The notes under the pieces were generated by a model, which did no database searches, was not told the DNA's origin, and saw only the letters and a program-made list of their open reading frames with translations. A stretch of 64,000 nucleotides of DNA from Haliotis rufescens. Lineage: Eukaryota. Positions 37,801-52,800 of the stretch are shown here, piece after piece (the first letter of the stretch is position 1; each line of letters begins with the position of its first letter). Both the position numbers and the translations under genes were made by a program. Location: assembly GCF_023055435.1 (NCBI RefSeq), contig NW_025964334.1, positions 3,410,001 through 3,474,000 on the forward strand, written 5' to 3'.

Positions 37801-40800
37801 CCGCGGGTGGGTAGGGGGGTGGGGGGTGGGGGGGGGGGGGGGGGGTGGGGGGGATGGTTGGTTAAAGAAGTTGCTCTGTGATGCACCCGAGAGGTTCACC
37901 CTGTAAGAGGCGGTGGCGTCGTGATGTGGTTTCCGATTTCCTACATGGGTACAATGTGTGAAGCCCATTTCTGGTGTCCCCCGCCGTGATATGGCTGGAA
38001 TATTGCTACAACCATCATCAAACCATACTCACTTTTCACTCATGATGTGGGACGGTGTTTGTGGTGGAGGAAGACACGTCTTGTCGTCATCCGTAGAAAT
38101 TGGAACCCTCAATTCTATAGGCATGTCATTCTACAGACAGCTGTTATTTCCCTGCTCAGCAGACAGTCCCAAGGTAAAATGTTCCAACAGGACAATGTCC
38201 GGCCCCACACTGCTCACATTATCCTGAACTTTCTCAGCACCAAAAACGTACCCGTGTTGACCTGACCGTCACGCTCACCGACTCCCCCAATCGCTGTGAG
38301 GAGGCCATACAAGGTACTGATGTCATCGTCGAGGTGCTGTGGAAATGCTCAGCTTTGTGTAAACGTTACAGCTATGACCCCAGATGTGTTTGATTGCTTT
38401 TTGTTTATTCATCCCAACTTCCCAAGATCATATGAAATGTGCAATTTTCTCATTTTATAAGCAGTTCAAGTCGATGTACACTTACTTTTGATCAGTACTT
38501 ACTTATTTATAGTATGACAAGGGATAGAGGGATGCTAGGCATACACTCATAGCCGTACACTCGACCCATGCAGATCCGGGGTGGAATTGGTCTTCAGCAA
38601 CCCATGCTTGCCGTTTATAGGCGACTAACGGTATCGGGTTGTCAGGCTCGCTGACTTGGTTGATGCATGTCATCGTATTCCAGTTGCGTGGAACGATGCT
38701 CATGATGTCAATCACTGGGATGCCTGGTCCAGACTCTATTTTTTATAGAGTTTCGTCATGCAGCTGGATTACTGCTGAGTGCGGCGTTAAACAACAAACA
38801 AACAAACCGTACGCTCATAGCCGTACACTCATAGCCGTACACTCATAGCCGTACACTCATAACCGTACACTCATAGCCGTACACTCATAGCCGTACACTC
38901 ATAGCCGTACACTCATTGCCGTACACTCATAGCCGTACACTCATAGCCGTTCACTCATAGCCGTACACTCATTGCCGTACACTCATATCCGTACACTCAT
39001 TGCCGTACACTCATTGCCGTACACTCATTGCCGTACACTCATAGCCGTACACTCATAGAAGTAGACTCATAGCCGTACACTCAATGCCGTACACTCATTG
39101 CCGTACACTCATAGCCGTACACTCAATGCCGTACACTCAATGCCGTACACTCAATGCCGTACACTCAATGCCGTACACTCATTGCCGTACACTCATAGCC
39201 GTACACTCAATGCCGTACACTCATAGCCGTACACTCATAGCCGTACACTCATAGCCGTACACTCATAGCCGTACACTCATAGCCGTACACTCATTGCCGT
39301 ACACTCATAGCCGTACACTCATTGCCGTACACTCATTGCCGTACACTCATAGCCGTACACTCATTGCCGTACACTCATAGCCGTACACTCATAGGCGCAC
39401 ACTCATAGCCGTACACTCATAGCCGTACACTCATAACCGTACACTCATTGCCGTACACTCATTGCCGTACACTCATAGCCGTACACTCATATCCGTACAC
39501 TCGTAGCCGTACACTCATAGCCGTACACTCATAGCCGTACACTCATTGCCGTACACTCATAGCCGTACACTCATATCCGTACACTCATAGCCGTACACTC
39601 ATAGCCGTACACTCATAGCCGTACACTCATTGCCGTACACTCAATGCCGTACACTCATTGCCGTACATTCATTGCCGTACACTCATAGCCGTACACTCAT
39701 AGCCGTACACTCATTGCCGTACACTCATAGCCGTACACTCATTGCCGTACGCTCATAGCCGTACACTCATTGCCGTACACTCATAGCCGTACACTCATAG
39801 CCGTACACTCATAGCCGTACACTCATTGCCGTACACTCATAGCCGTACGCTAATTGCCGTACGCTCATTGCCGTACACTCATAGCCGTACACTCATTGCC
39901 GTACGCTCATAGCCGTACACTCATTGCCGTACACTCATAGCCGTACACCCATTGCCGTACACTCATAGCCGTACACTCATAGCCGTACACTCATTGCCGT
40001 ACACTCATAGCCGTACACTCATAGCCGTACACTCATTGCCGTACACTCATAGCCGTACACTCATTGCCGTACACTCATAGCCGTACACTCATTGCCGTAC
40101 ACTCATAGCCGTACACTCATTGCCGTACACTCAATGCCGTACACTCAATGCCGTACGCTCATAGCCGTACGCTCATAGCCGTACACTCATAGCCGTACAC
40201 TCATAGCCGTACACTCATAGCCCTACACTCATAGAAGTAGACTCATTGCCGTACACTCATTGCCGTACACTCATTGCCGTACACTCATAGCCGTACACTC
40301 ATAGCCGTACACTCATAGCCGTACACTCATATCCGTACGCTCATAGCCGTACACTCATAGCCGTACACTCATAGCCGTACACTCATAGCCGTACACTCAT
40401 TGCCGTACACTCATAGCCGTACACTCATAGCCGTACACTCATAGCCGTACACTCATTGCCGTACACTCATAGCCGTACACTCATAGCCGTACACTCATAG
40501 CCGTACACTCATTGCCGTACACTCATTGCCGTACACTCATAGCCGTACACTCATAGCCGTACACTCATAGCCCACAATTGTATGTTCCAGCCGTGTGTTC
40601 ACATGGCCGACATCGTGGACTTCCCACGCTTCCACCACCGCGGCGTCATGATCAACACCGGTATCCACTTCCTCCACCCAACAACCATCAAGAAGAACCT
40701 GGTGAGATCAACACTACCATAAGTATCATCAATTTGTATGTGTCATGTATGCAATTCTTCGACCAGCCGCTATGGTCACCCAGTGCCATACATGTCTCCC

Positions 40801-43800
40801 TCGTGTCCTGGTAGTACAGGTGTCTACATTGTCACTGTCTTCTCCAGGAAGCAATGGATCACCGCTATGGTCACCCAGTGCCAACATGTCTATCTAGTGT
40901 CCTGGTAGTACAGGTGTCTATATTGTCACTGTCTTCTCCAGGAAGCAATGGAACACAACAAACTGAATGTCCTGCATTGGCGCTTAGTGGATGACCAGTC
41001 CTTTCCCTGGGTTAGCAAGGCCTACCCTGACCTCAGCAACAGGGTGAGTATCTCCATGTGACCTCAGCAACAGGGAGAGTATCTCCATCTGACCTCAGCA
41101 ACAAAGTGAGTATCTCCATCAGACCTCAGCAACAGGGTGAGTATCTCCATCTGACCTAAGCAATAAAGTGAGTATCTCCATCTGACCTCAGCAACAAAGT
41201 GAGTATCTCCATGTGACCTCAGCAACAGAGTAAGTATCTCCATGTGACCTCAGCAACAAAGTGATTATCTCCATGTGACCTCAGCAACAGGGTGAGTATC
41301 TCCATGTGACCTCAGCAACAGGGTAATTACCTCCATGTGACCTCAGCAACAAAGTGAGTATCTCCATGTGACCTCAGCAACAGGGTGAGTATCTCCATGG
41401 GCAAGACCTACCCTACCCCCCTACCCTGATATCAAAAAGGTCAGCAAGTTACTACCCTGAAATCAGGATAAGAACAAGATATAAGATAAGAATAAGATAA
41501 GTATTATGTGTGTATTATAGAAAGTCCCAGCGCGTGAGAGCATGAAGCTAACATATGGAATACATCTGCGGTGGTAACTATATCGTTGTTTTATTTAAGA
41601 AATAAACGACGAGTGGGAGTTGTTTATCGTACAATTAAACACTGCAGGGAGATCCATTCCTATATGAGATATCAACAATATGTAACAGGCCCTTAAAGGA
41701 TGTTGATAAAATGTACAAGCTTTAAAAATACTTAACCCTATTTATATAATGATGAGTCCTTCAATAGAATCCGACTTCGGTAACGTCGGACAAGTACATG
41801 TTATGCACAGGTGGGTATTTCCCGCATATTCTCACAATCCCCACGTTGATAAATCTTCCAATACCGATTGTCTCCCGGTTCTGGATGCGATCGTTCGGCC
41901 ATCGCGTTTGTCTGCGTTGCCCTGCTACATCTATGGGGAACAACTCACTAGACACTCCTCCCTCAAAAATAACGTCATCAAACATATGACGTCATCAGGT
42001 TGCGAGCGCTTTTTAGAATCTCCAGAAATGAAGTCATGATAGAACAATGTTTCATTGTGAAAATAAACCTCGCTTCGTTCTTCATTGTTCTTTGCGATTT
42101 ATCGCGTAGCTAGCTATCTTATATATTATAGTCACTATGACAGGTCTATAACGTACTGGCATTACGTTCCCCAGAGCTCCAAAAGGGAGACCTACAACGC
42201 TGCTGACATTGCGGGTATCGTGGAGTTCGCCCGACAGAGGGGTATCCGGGTAGTTCCTGAGCTCGACTCTCCAGGTAGGGAGCCAGTCCTTGTACAAGCC
42301 TTACTATGAAGCATGTGGAATTATCTGAGTGAGTTTGGTTTAACGCCGCTTGTAACAGTATTTCAGTTTTATCACGGCGAGATGTGGAGTGAGGCAGGTC
42401 TTGGAGGACGTTTACAGATTAGGTGAAACCCACGACTACGGATAAAGTGTTGACAAACCAAGACACATAATCAGGACGAACTGGGATTCGAACCTACGAT
42501 CACAGTTTCTGACACGCCTTTATTGAAGGGATTGAACTTTGCACAGCGAATGACGGGGCCTTAGACGCTTTGATCTACACGTGGATCCGGGGTCACAGTG
42601 ACCACAGGACTAGTAGTAGCGGAGTGAACCTTGTCTACATACTATATGTTGTACACTGCTGGGATAGAACTAATAAACCCTGTCCAAAACTTATCCCTGT
42701 CGCAATAAATCCTTCAGACATTCGGGCGGTGGGGTAGCCCAGTGGTCAAAGCGTTCGCTCGTCACGCCGAAGATCCGGGTTCGATTGCCCACATGGGTAC
42801 AATGTGTAAAGTCCGTTTCTGGTGTCCCCCGCCATGATATTGCTGGAATATTGCTAAAAGCGGCGTAAAACCATATTCACTCCTTCAGACATTCAGCACC
42901 CTCATGTTCATCTTTGTATACATGTATAATATATATTATAATTAAATGTTTACACCGGACACTATCGATGTTATTTGCTCTGGACAATGCTGTCTTTGCG
43001 AATGAATAAATATTAAACGGTTTCGTTCGAAAATTCCAGGATGTTGTATGTGTGGTATAAATGGATTGAAACTTTGAACAATATTAAGACGAACGCAACA
43101 ACGTAAGCCATGCTTGCCTAACCGTTCTCTTCTCGTCAAGGTCACACCGCCTCTTGGAGAAACGGCGTCCCCGACGTCATGATCAACTGCGCCGACAACA
43201 ACTCTCAACAAGTGCTCGACGTCAGCATTAACATCACCTACACCGTGTTAAGAGGGTTGTGGGATGATATGCTCACAACGTTCCCGGGACGATATGTACA
43301 TCTTGGAGGGGACGAGGTGCCCACGTTGTGTTGGTGAGTGTTGTTACCCACGTGTCTGTTACATGGACGCTGTGTACATCTCGGAGGGGACGAGGTGCCC
43401 ACGTTGTATTGGTGAGTGTTGTTACCCACGTGTCTGTTACATGGACGCTGTGTACATCTGGGAGAGGACGGAGTGTTGTTACACACGTGTCTGTTACATG
43501 GACGCTGTGTACGTCTGGGAGGGGACGGAGTGTTGTTACACACGTGTCTGTTACATGAACGCTGTGTACGTCTGGGAGGGGACGGAGTGTTGTTACCCAC
43601 GTGTCTGTTACATGGACGCTGTGTACATCTGGGAGGGGACGGAGTGTTGTTACACACGTGTCTGTTACATGAACGCTGTGTGCGTCTGGGAGGGGACGGA
43701 GTGTTGTTACACACGTGTCTGTTACATGAACGCTGTGTACGTCTGGGAGGGGACGGAGTGTTGTTACCCACGTGTCTGTTACATGGACGCTGTGTACGTC

Positions 43801-46800
43801 TGGTAGTGAGTGTTGTTACACACGTGTCTGTTACATGAACGCTGTGTACATCTGGGAGGGGACGGAGTGTTGTTACATGTGTGTCTGCTAGTGATGTGAA
43901 TCCTTACACATCTAGGTGGAGACGAGTCGAGATGCCTCATGTTATCGACCATTGGTCGCTGTCATGTACTTGTGGTATTTCTGAAACAAGACTCTCACAC
44001 TCTCACTCACTCACTCACTCACCCACACCTTCCTCAAGACGTACGTAGCACTTGTTATCAAACATAACGCTAACTATTTGTTCACAGGGCTAAATCCAAA
44101 GATGTCGCTATATTCATGGAAAGAGAAAAAATTAAAGATTACGGAGAATTGCAGAACTATTTCACCAGAAGGTAGGTGATCCACTCACGTGGTCCGTGGT
44201 TTCTGAAATACACGAGTAGGAGGCTAGGTGACTAGGAGGATCTACGATGTCATTTAATAAGAAGGATGTTGGAAGTATGTTTTGTTGCCCCCAACCCGAA
44301 CTCTCTGTGGCAGTACAGCACATATATCTTGGCATGCGTCTAAAATATCACTAAAATATCTCACTAAAATATTTTAAATATTCATGTTACATGGATGGTA
44401 TTAACGCTACTTGAGAATTGATATGTTTACATTCTCATGAATTAAAGTTGTAAACCTCTTAAATGTATCCTTTATCAATCAAAATCGTTACTGACATGTG
44501 TGGACCTAAGTCCCCAGGGCTAATAGGGGCACGGGTGACACAGTCACCTGATTCGTTGTGCAACTGACCCTCCATTTAAGTCTCAGCTAATCAATTTATA
44601 TCCAGTGTACAAAACAAACTAATACGCACATCGATATGCACATTGAAACAACATTGGCATCCTGTTTGTAAGTGTTGGAAGTTGATGTTGATTCGTCGGT
44701 TACCTCCCCCTGCATGTCTCCGCCAGAGGGCGCTGCCAGCAACCGCAAACAGGTGGTGTCTGGTGTTACTAGACTGAGCTGTTGTCGCTCGCAGTTCCAA
44801 AACTCCAGTATCATCAATGCTCATTATAAGAGCACCACTTAAAACCAGCGAATTCATCTTAAACCGCCTACGATCATTAGAAGAATGTTTTGGCAAAGAA
44901 CGCCAGACTATGACTCATGGTGTATGATGCAACAGATGACGATGCAGTCGCGTGACGTTCACGTCGCTCGCCGTCTGGGTCGAGTGTGGGCCGACATTTC
45001 CTGATACGCATGGCGGAGTGTTTGTGGACGTGAGTCAAAGATAACATCTCAACAACGTTCCCTTTTTAATTCTTTTTACTACAGTGGTTTTGAAAGGTGA
45101 AAAACAACATTTCCCGCATGCATTGATGTGAGAAAGAATGTTTCGCCTAAACTGTTTGTTGTTAGATAAACGTCTGGAAAACAGTCATGGCGTGTTTTAA
45201 AGAAGAGCTATTATTCTTCACGGTCCGTTGTCTCACTCAAGTCTAGTCCTAGGTCTGGACGTTGTAACTAGTGCCCAGATTGAAAGTTCATACCCGTTAT
45301 GAAATCAAAGTAATCTTTATGTGCAAGATTAGTTAGACAAACGAAAGAGGCGTATGATCGACTTGAATAAAATTTGCCAGGGCTGCTAATTTAGCCGAGC
45401 CTTGTCTTCCATTCCCATGACGCCGTTACTATGACAACCTGTCTCTGGAACAAACATTTCTGGTTATTTCGACAAGGTGTCTTAGAAATCATAAGGTCGA
45501 TGGTTTGAATCTCAACACACAATTGGAGCACACTTTATGTAACAGATACATTGACATGAGCAATAGGGTGTGGTTTGACGCCGCTCTGTAGCAATTTTCC
45601 AGCAATAGCACGGCAAGGGACACCATAAATGGGCTTCACACATGTACGCATGTTGGGAATTGAATCCGGATCTTTGACGTGACGAGCGAACGCTATAACC
45701 ATTTGGCTACCCAATCGGCCCCATAAACATCAGGCCTTTACTCTGGTACGGGGACCCAGTCGTCTAAGGCGCCGCGATTCGCGGTAAAAGTCTGAGACCT
45801 GCATCGTTTGGGACTTTCCTCCCACATTAAGCTAACAGCCGCGATATAACTGGAATATTGATAAAAGCAGCGTTAAACCCAACTCACTCACTCACTCACT
45901 ATTCTGGTAGGATATCTCTCTGCGTGAAGATAGTGACAGATAGGAGGTCGCGTCAGGTGAACTTTCCAATCAGCCAATCAGTATCGAGGCTTCTTCTCAT
46001 ACTAGTGGTCGAGGCATTCATACAAGCATATCTGAGTTCATAATCTCGAAAACGAACAGTTCCGAATGCAAAAAGTAAAGGCGCGCTATTATGTTGTTTA
46101 CGTACTGTCGTTTCTGAGCACCATGGTATCTACAACCCAAGGGATGTGCCATTGAGGTTACATCTGGGTTCTTTGGCGGTTCTCGTTTGCTGAAGTTCGT
46201 AAAGAAATGAAATCGAATTTTTCCGACAGCTGTCATCTGGCCAACGTTCTCCAACTTCGATTGAGCGGTCAAAGGGATTCACACTTCTGCGAACTTTTGT
46301 GGCGGTGCTCTCCGGTCCACGCACAGGTGTCGGTGTTAAAGATCTCAGTTTAATTAAATTGGACTATCACTGATCCCGAGGAGCACATCCAAGGCCTTAT
46401 CCCCGCTCCTTGCCCAAACCCACACACCAAAATTACTACTCAACAATACTTCTCTCAGACCTAAACTTACCTCGGGTTCGATTCCCCACATTGGAACGAC
46501 CGCCTCCGTGGACTAGTGGTACAGCGTTCGTCCGTTGAGTGGACGGTTCGGGGTTCGATCCCCGGCCGCGTCATACCAAAATACGTTAAACGATTTTATT
46601 TGTTGATACCCTGTCTGGTGCTCGGCATTAAGGGGTTAAAACAAGGACTGGTCGGCTCGGAGTCAGTATACTGTGTCTGAGTGGGGTATTCTTGTTAAAC
46701 TGCGGCATGGTATCTCACTGTGCTAGCACTATAAATCGGCATGAGTCCGGACTAGTACAAGCAGCCACACTCACACGTGCTTGACGTCGCTATATAAGTG

Positions 46801-49800
46801 CAATAATCTTGGACGCGACGTCAAACCCCATTTCACCTCGCCTCACCCACATGGGTACAATGTGTGAAGCCCATTTCTAGTGTCCCTCGCCATGATATTG
46901 CTGGAATATTGCTAAAAGCGGCGTAAAACCGAACTCACTTACTCACCCAACCTAACGTCTGTTCGAGCAAACCACCTTTTCACCAATCCTCGCCTGATGA
47001 CGCTGTTAGTGGAATTTCTGTGTTTACCAATATGACTATACATCTGTTGTGGTGGCCAAGTTTTCTTGCCTTGTTATCAAGTCATTGTCTGTTCCAGATT
47101 ATCAAGCATTGTAAATCAGCTAGACAGCAACAGGAAGCTTGTGTTCTGGCAAGATGTACTGGACAGTGGAATCAGTGTACGTACGTTACGTGTAGATGTG
47201 AAACAGTGAAACAATAGTGTGCATATGTTACGTACGGGTGTCAGCGAGTGTTGGACGGTAGACACAAGTGTACGTACGTGACGTGTGGATGTCAGCACGT
47301 ACTAGACAGTCGGTCCAAGTGTACGTACGTTACGTATGGATATCAGTGAGTGCTGGACGGTAGACACGAGTGTACGTACGTGACGTATGGATGTCAGCAC
47401 GTACTAGACTGTCAACCCATGTGTACGTACGTTATGGATGGATGTCAGCGAGTGTTGGTCGGTAGACACAAGTGTACGTACGTGACGTATAGATGTCAGC
47501 ACGTACTAGACAGTCGACCCAAGTGTACGTATGTGACGTATGGATGTCAGCATGTACTAGACAGTCGACCCAAGTGTACGTATGTGACGTATGGATGTCA
47601 GCATGTACTAGACAGTCGACCCAAGTGTACGTACGTGACGTATGGATGTCAGCATGTACTAGACAGTCGACCCAAGTGTACGTATGTGACGTATGGATGT
47701 CAGCATGTACTAGACAGTCGACCCAAGTGTACGTACGTTATGGATGGATGTCAGCATGTACTAGACAGTCGACCCAAGTGTACGTATGTGACGTATGGGT
47801 GTCAGCATGTACTAGACAGTCGACCCAAGTTTACGTACGTGACGTATGGGTGTCAGCGAGTGTTGGTCGGTAGACACAAGTGTACGTACGTGACGTATGG
47901 ATGTCAGCATGTACTAGACAGTCGACCCAAATGTACGTATGTGACGTATGGATGTCAGCATGTACTAGACAGTCCACCCAAGTGTACGTACGTGACGTAT
48001 GGATGTCAGCACATACTAGACAGTCGACCAAAGTGTACGTATGTGACGTATGGATGTCAGCATGTACTAGACAGTCGACCCAAGTGTACGTATGTGACGT
48101 ATGGATGTCAGCATGTACTAGACAGTCGACCCAAGTGTACGTACGTTATGGATGGATGTCAGCATGTACTAGACAGTCGACCCAAGTGTACGTACGTGAC
48201 GTATGGATGTCAGCATGTACTAGACAGTCGACCCAAGTGTACGTATGTGACGTATGGATGTCAGCATGTACTAGACAGTCGACCCAAGTGTACGTATGTG
48301 ACGTATGGATGTCAGCATGTACTAGACAGTCGACCCAAGTGTACGTACGTTATGGATGGATGTCAGCATGTACTAGACAGTCGACCCAAGAGTACGTATG
48401 TGACGTATGGATGTCAGCATGTACTAGACAGTCGACCCAAGTGTACGTATGTAACGTATGGGTGTCAGCATGTACTAGACAGTCGACCCAAGTGTACGTA
48501 CGTGACGTATGGGTGTCAGCGAGTGTTGGTCGGTAGACACAAGTGTACGTACGTGACGTATGGATGTCAGCATGTACTAGACAGTCGACCCAAGTGTACG
48601 TATGTGACGTATGGATGTCAGCACGTACTAGACAGTCGACCCAAGTGTACGTATGTGACGTATGGATGTCAGCATGTACTAGACAGTCGACCCAAGTGTA
48701 CATATGTGACGTATGGGTGTCAGCATGTACTAGACAGTCGACCCAAGTGTACGTACGTGACGTATGGGTGTCAGCGAGTGTTGGTCGGTAGACACAAGTG
48801 TACGTACGTGACGTATGGATGTCAGCATGTACTAGACAGTCGACCCAAGTGTACGTATGTGACGTATGGGTGTCAGCATGTACTAGACAGTCGACCCAAG
48901 TTTACGTACGTGACGTATGGGTGTCAGCGAGTGTTGGTCGGTAGACACAAGTGTACGTACGTGACGTATGGATGTCAGCATGTACTAGACAGTCGACCCA
49001 AATGTACGTATGTGACGTATGGATGTCAGCATGTACTAGACAGTCCACCCAAGTGTACGTACGTGACGTATGGATGTCAGCACATACTAGACAGTCGACC
49101 AAAGTGTACGTATGTGACGTATGGATGTCAGCATGTACTAGACAGTCGACCCAAGTGTACGTATGTGACGTATGGATGTCAGCATGTACTAGACAGTCGA
49201 CCCAAGTGTACGTACGTTATGGATGGATGTCAGCATGTACTAGACAGTCGACCCAAGTGTACGTACGTGACGTATGGATGTCAGCATGTACTAGACAGTC
49301 GACCCAAGTGTACGTATGTAACGTATGGGTGTCAGCATGTACTAGACAGTCGACCCAAGTGTACGTACGTGACGTATGGGTGTCAGCGAGTGTTGGTCGG
49401 TAGACACAAGTTCACGTACGTGACGTATGGATGCCAGCATGTACTAGACAGTCGACCCAAGTGTACGTATGTGACGTATGGATTTCAGCATGTACTAGAC
49501 AGTCGACCCAAGTGTACGTATGTGACGTATGGGTGTCAGCATGTACTAGACAGTCGACCCAAGTGTACGTACGTGACGTATGGGTGTCAGCGAGTGTTGG
49601 TCGGTAGACACAAGTGTACGTACGTGACGTATGGATGTCAGCATGTACTAGACAGTCGACCCAAGTGTACGTATGTGACGTATGGATGTCAGCATGTACT
49701 AGACAGTCGACCCAAGTGTACGTATGTGACGTATGGATGTCAGCACGTACTAGACAGTCGACCCAAGTGTACGTATGTGACGTATGGATGTCAGCATGTA

Positions 49801-52800
49801 CTAGACAGTCGACCCAAGTGTACGTATGTGACGTATGGATGTCAGCATGTACTAGACAGTCGACCCAAGTGTACGTACGTTATGGATGGATGTCAGCATG
49901 TACTAGACAGTCGACCCAAGAGTACGTATGTGACGTATGGATGTCAGCATGTACTAGACAGTCGACCCAAGTGTACGTATGTAACGTATGGGTGTCAGCA
50001 TGTACTAGACAGTCGACCCAAGTGTACGTACGTGACGTATGGGTGTCAGCGAGTGTTGGTCGGTAGACACAAGTGTACATATGTGACGTATGGGTGTCAG
50101 CATGTACTAGACAGTCGACCCAAGTGTACGTACGTGACGTATGGGTGTCAGCGAGTGTTGGTCGGTAGACACAAGTGTACGTACGTGACGTATGGATGTC
50201 AGCATGTACTAGACAGTCGACCCAAGTGTACGTATGTGACGTATGGATGTCAGCATGTACTAGACAGTCGACCCAAGTGTACGTATGTGACGTATGGATG
50301 TCAGCACGTACTAGACAGTCGACCCAAGTGTACGTATGTGACGTATGGATGTCAGCACGTACTAGACAGTCGACCAAAGTGTACGTATGTGACGTATGGA
50401 TGTCAGCATGTACTAGACAGTCGACCCAAGTGTACGTACGTTATGGATGGATGTCAGCATGTACTAGACAGTCGACCCAAGAGTACGTACGTGACGTATG
50501 GATGTCAGCATGTACTAGACAGTCGACCCAAGTGTACGTATGTAACGTTTGGGTGTCAGCATGTACTAGACAGTCGACCCAAGTGTACGTACGTGACGTA
50601 TGGGTGTCAGCGAGTGTTGGTCGGTAGACACAAGTGTACGTACGTGACGTATGGATGTCAGCACGTACTAGACAGTCGACCCAAGTGTACGTATGTGACG
50701 TATGGATGTCAGCACGTACTAGACAGTCGACCAAAGTGTACGTATGTGACGTATGGATGTCAGCATGTACTAGAGAGTCGACCCAAGTGTACGTTTGTGA
50801 CGTATTGATGTCAGCATGTACTAGACAGTCGACCCAAGTGTACATATGTGACGTATGGATGTCAGCATGTACTAGACAGTCGACCCAAGTGTACGTATGT
50901 GACGTATGGTTGTCACCGAGTGTTGGTCGGTAGACACAAGTGTACGTACGTGACGTATGGTTGTCAGCATATACTAGACAGTCGACCCAAGTGTACGTAT
51001 GTGACGTATGGGTGTCAGCGAGTGTTGGACGGTAGACACAAGTGAATGTACGTGACGTATGGATGTCAGCACGTACAAGACAGTCGACTCAAGTGTGCGT
51101 ACGTGACGTGTGGAAGTCAGCACGTACTAGACAGTCGACCCAAGTGTACGTATGTGACGTGTGAATGACAGCGAGTGCTAAACGGACGACACAAGTGTAC
51201 GTGTGTTACGTGTGGATGTCAGCGAATGCTGGACGGACGACACAAGTGTACGTTTGTTACGTATGGATGTCAGCGAATGCTTGACGGACGACACAAGTGT
51301 ACGTACGTGACGTATTGATGTCAGCGAGTGCTTGACGGACGACACAAGTGTACGTTTGTTACGTATGGATGTCAGCGAATGCTTGACGGACGACACAAGT
51401 GTACGTACGTGACGTATGGATGTCAGCGAGTGATGGACGGACGACACAAGTGTACGTACGTGACGTATGGATGTCAGCGAGTGGTAAACGGACGATACAA
51501 GTGTACGTGTGTTACGTGTGGATGTCAGCGAATGCTTGACGGACGACACAAGTGTACGTACGTGACGTATGGATGTCAGCGAGTGATGGACGGACGACAC
51601 AAGTGTACGTACGTGACGTATGGATGTCAGCGAGTGATGGAAGGACGACACAAGTGTACGTACGTGACGTATGGATGTCAGCGAGTGCTAGACGGACGGC
51701 ACAAGTGTACGTGTGTTACGTGTGGATGTCAGCGAGTGATGGACGGACGACACAAGTGTACGTACGTGACGTATGGATGTCAGCGAGTGATGGACGGACG
51801 ACACAAGTGTACGTACGTGACGTATGGATGTCAGCGAGTGCTAGATGGACGACACAAGTGTACGTGTGTTACGTGTGGATGTCAGCGAGTGCTAGATGGA
51901 CGACACAAGTGTACGTACGTTACGTGTGGATGTCAGCAAGTGCTGGACGGACGACACAAGTGTACGTACGTTACGTGTGGATGTCAGCGAGTGCTAGATG
52001 GACGACATAAGTGTACGTGTGTTACGTGTGGATGTCAGCGAGTGCTAGATGGACGACACAAGTGTACGTGTGTTACGTGTGGATGTCAGCGAGTGCTAGA
52101 TGGACGACACAAGTGTACGTACGTGACGCATGGATGTCAGCGAGTGCTGGACGGACGACACAAGTGTACGTACGTTACGTGTGGATGTCAGCGAGTGCTA
52201 GACGGACGACACAAGTGTACGTACGTGACGTATGGATGTCAGCGAGTGCTAGATGGACGACACAAGTGTACGTACGTGACGTATGGATGTCAGCGAGTGC
52301 TAGACGGACGACACAAGTGTACGTACGTGACGTATGGATGTCAGCGAGTGCTAGACGGAAGACACAAGTGTACGTACGTGACGTATGGATGTCAGCGAGT
52401 GCTAGACGGACGACACAAGTGTACGTACGTGACGTATGGATGTCAGCGAGTGCTAGACGGACGACACAAGTGTACGTGTGTTCCGTGTGGATACATGAAT
52501 GTCAGTGAATGAAGGCCAAGGGTGATCCCATTACTTCTGTATCATTACACCAATACCACATGGGGCGAGGTCTCTTTAAACGTGTTCCTCATGTTATATC
52601 TGTGGAGAATCGAACCTGTGGATGAATACACACACAAAGCCGTTCGATTGTTCGGCGTCAAGTCGTACTGGGAAGCGTTACCAAAGGATAAAGAGGCTTC
52701 ATTTAGTGTCCAACAGTGTGACTGTTACGTCATGATAAAACGTTAGGCAGATCAGTAGAAAACTCGACTTTCCTGAAGCTACCTCAGTTGGATTCTGGTG

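Noticed and set aside
44720-44735. CTCF-like motif CCGCCAGAGGGCGCTG
   Set aside because: Single motif match inside a probable repeat; cannot be supported from sequence alone.
47350-52512. 1152-aa and 394-aa Cys-rich ORFs as a novel repeat protein
   Set aside because: Arise from an intronic 51-bp unit (multiple of 3); cut off from the exon by a stop; no unique termini.
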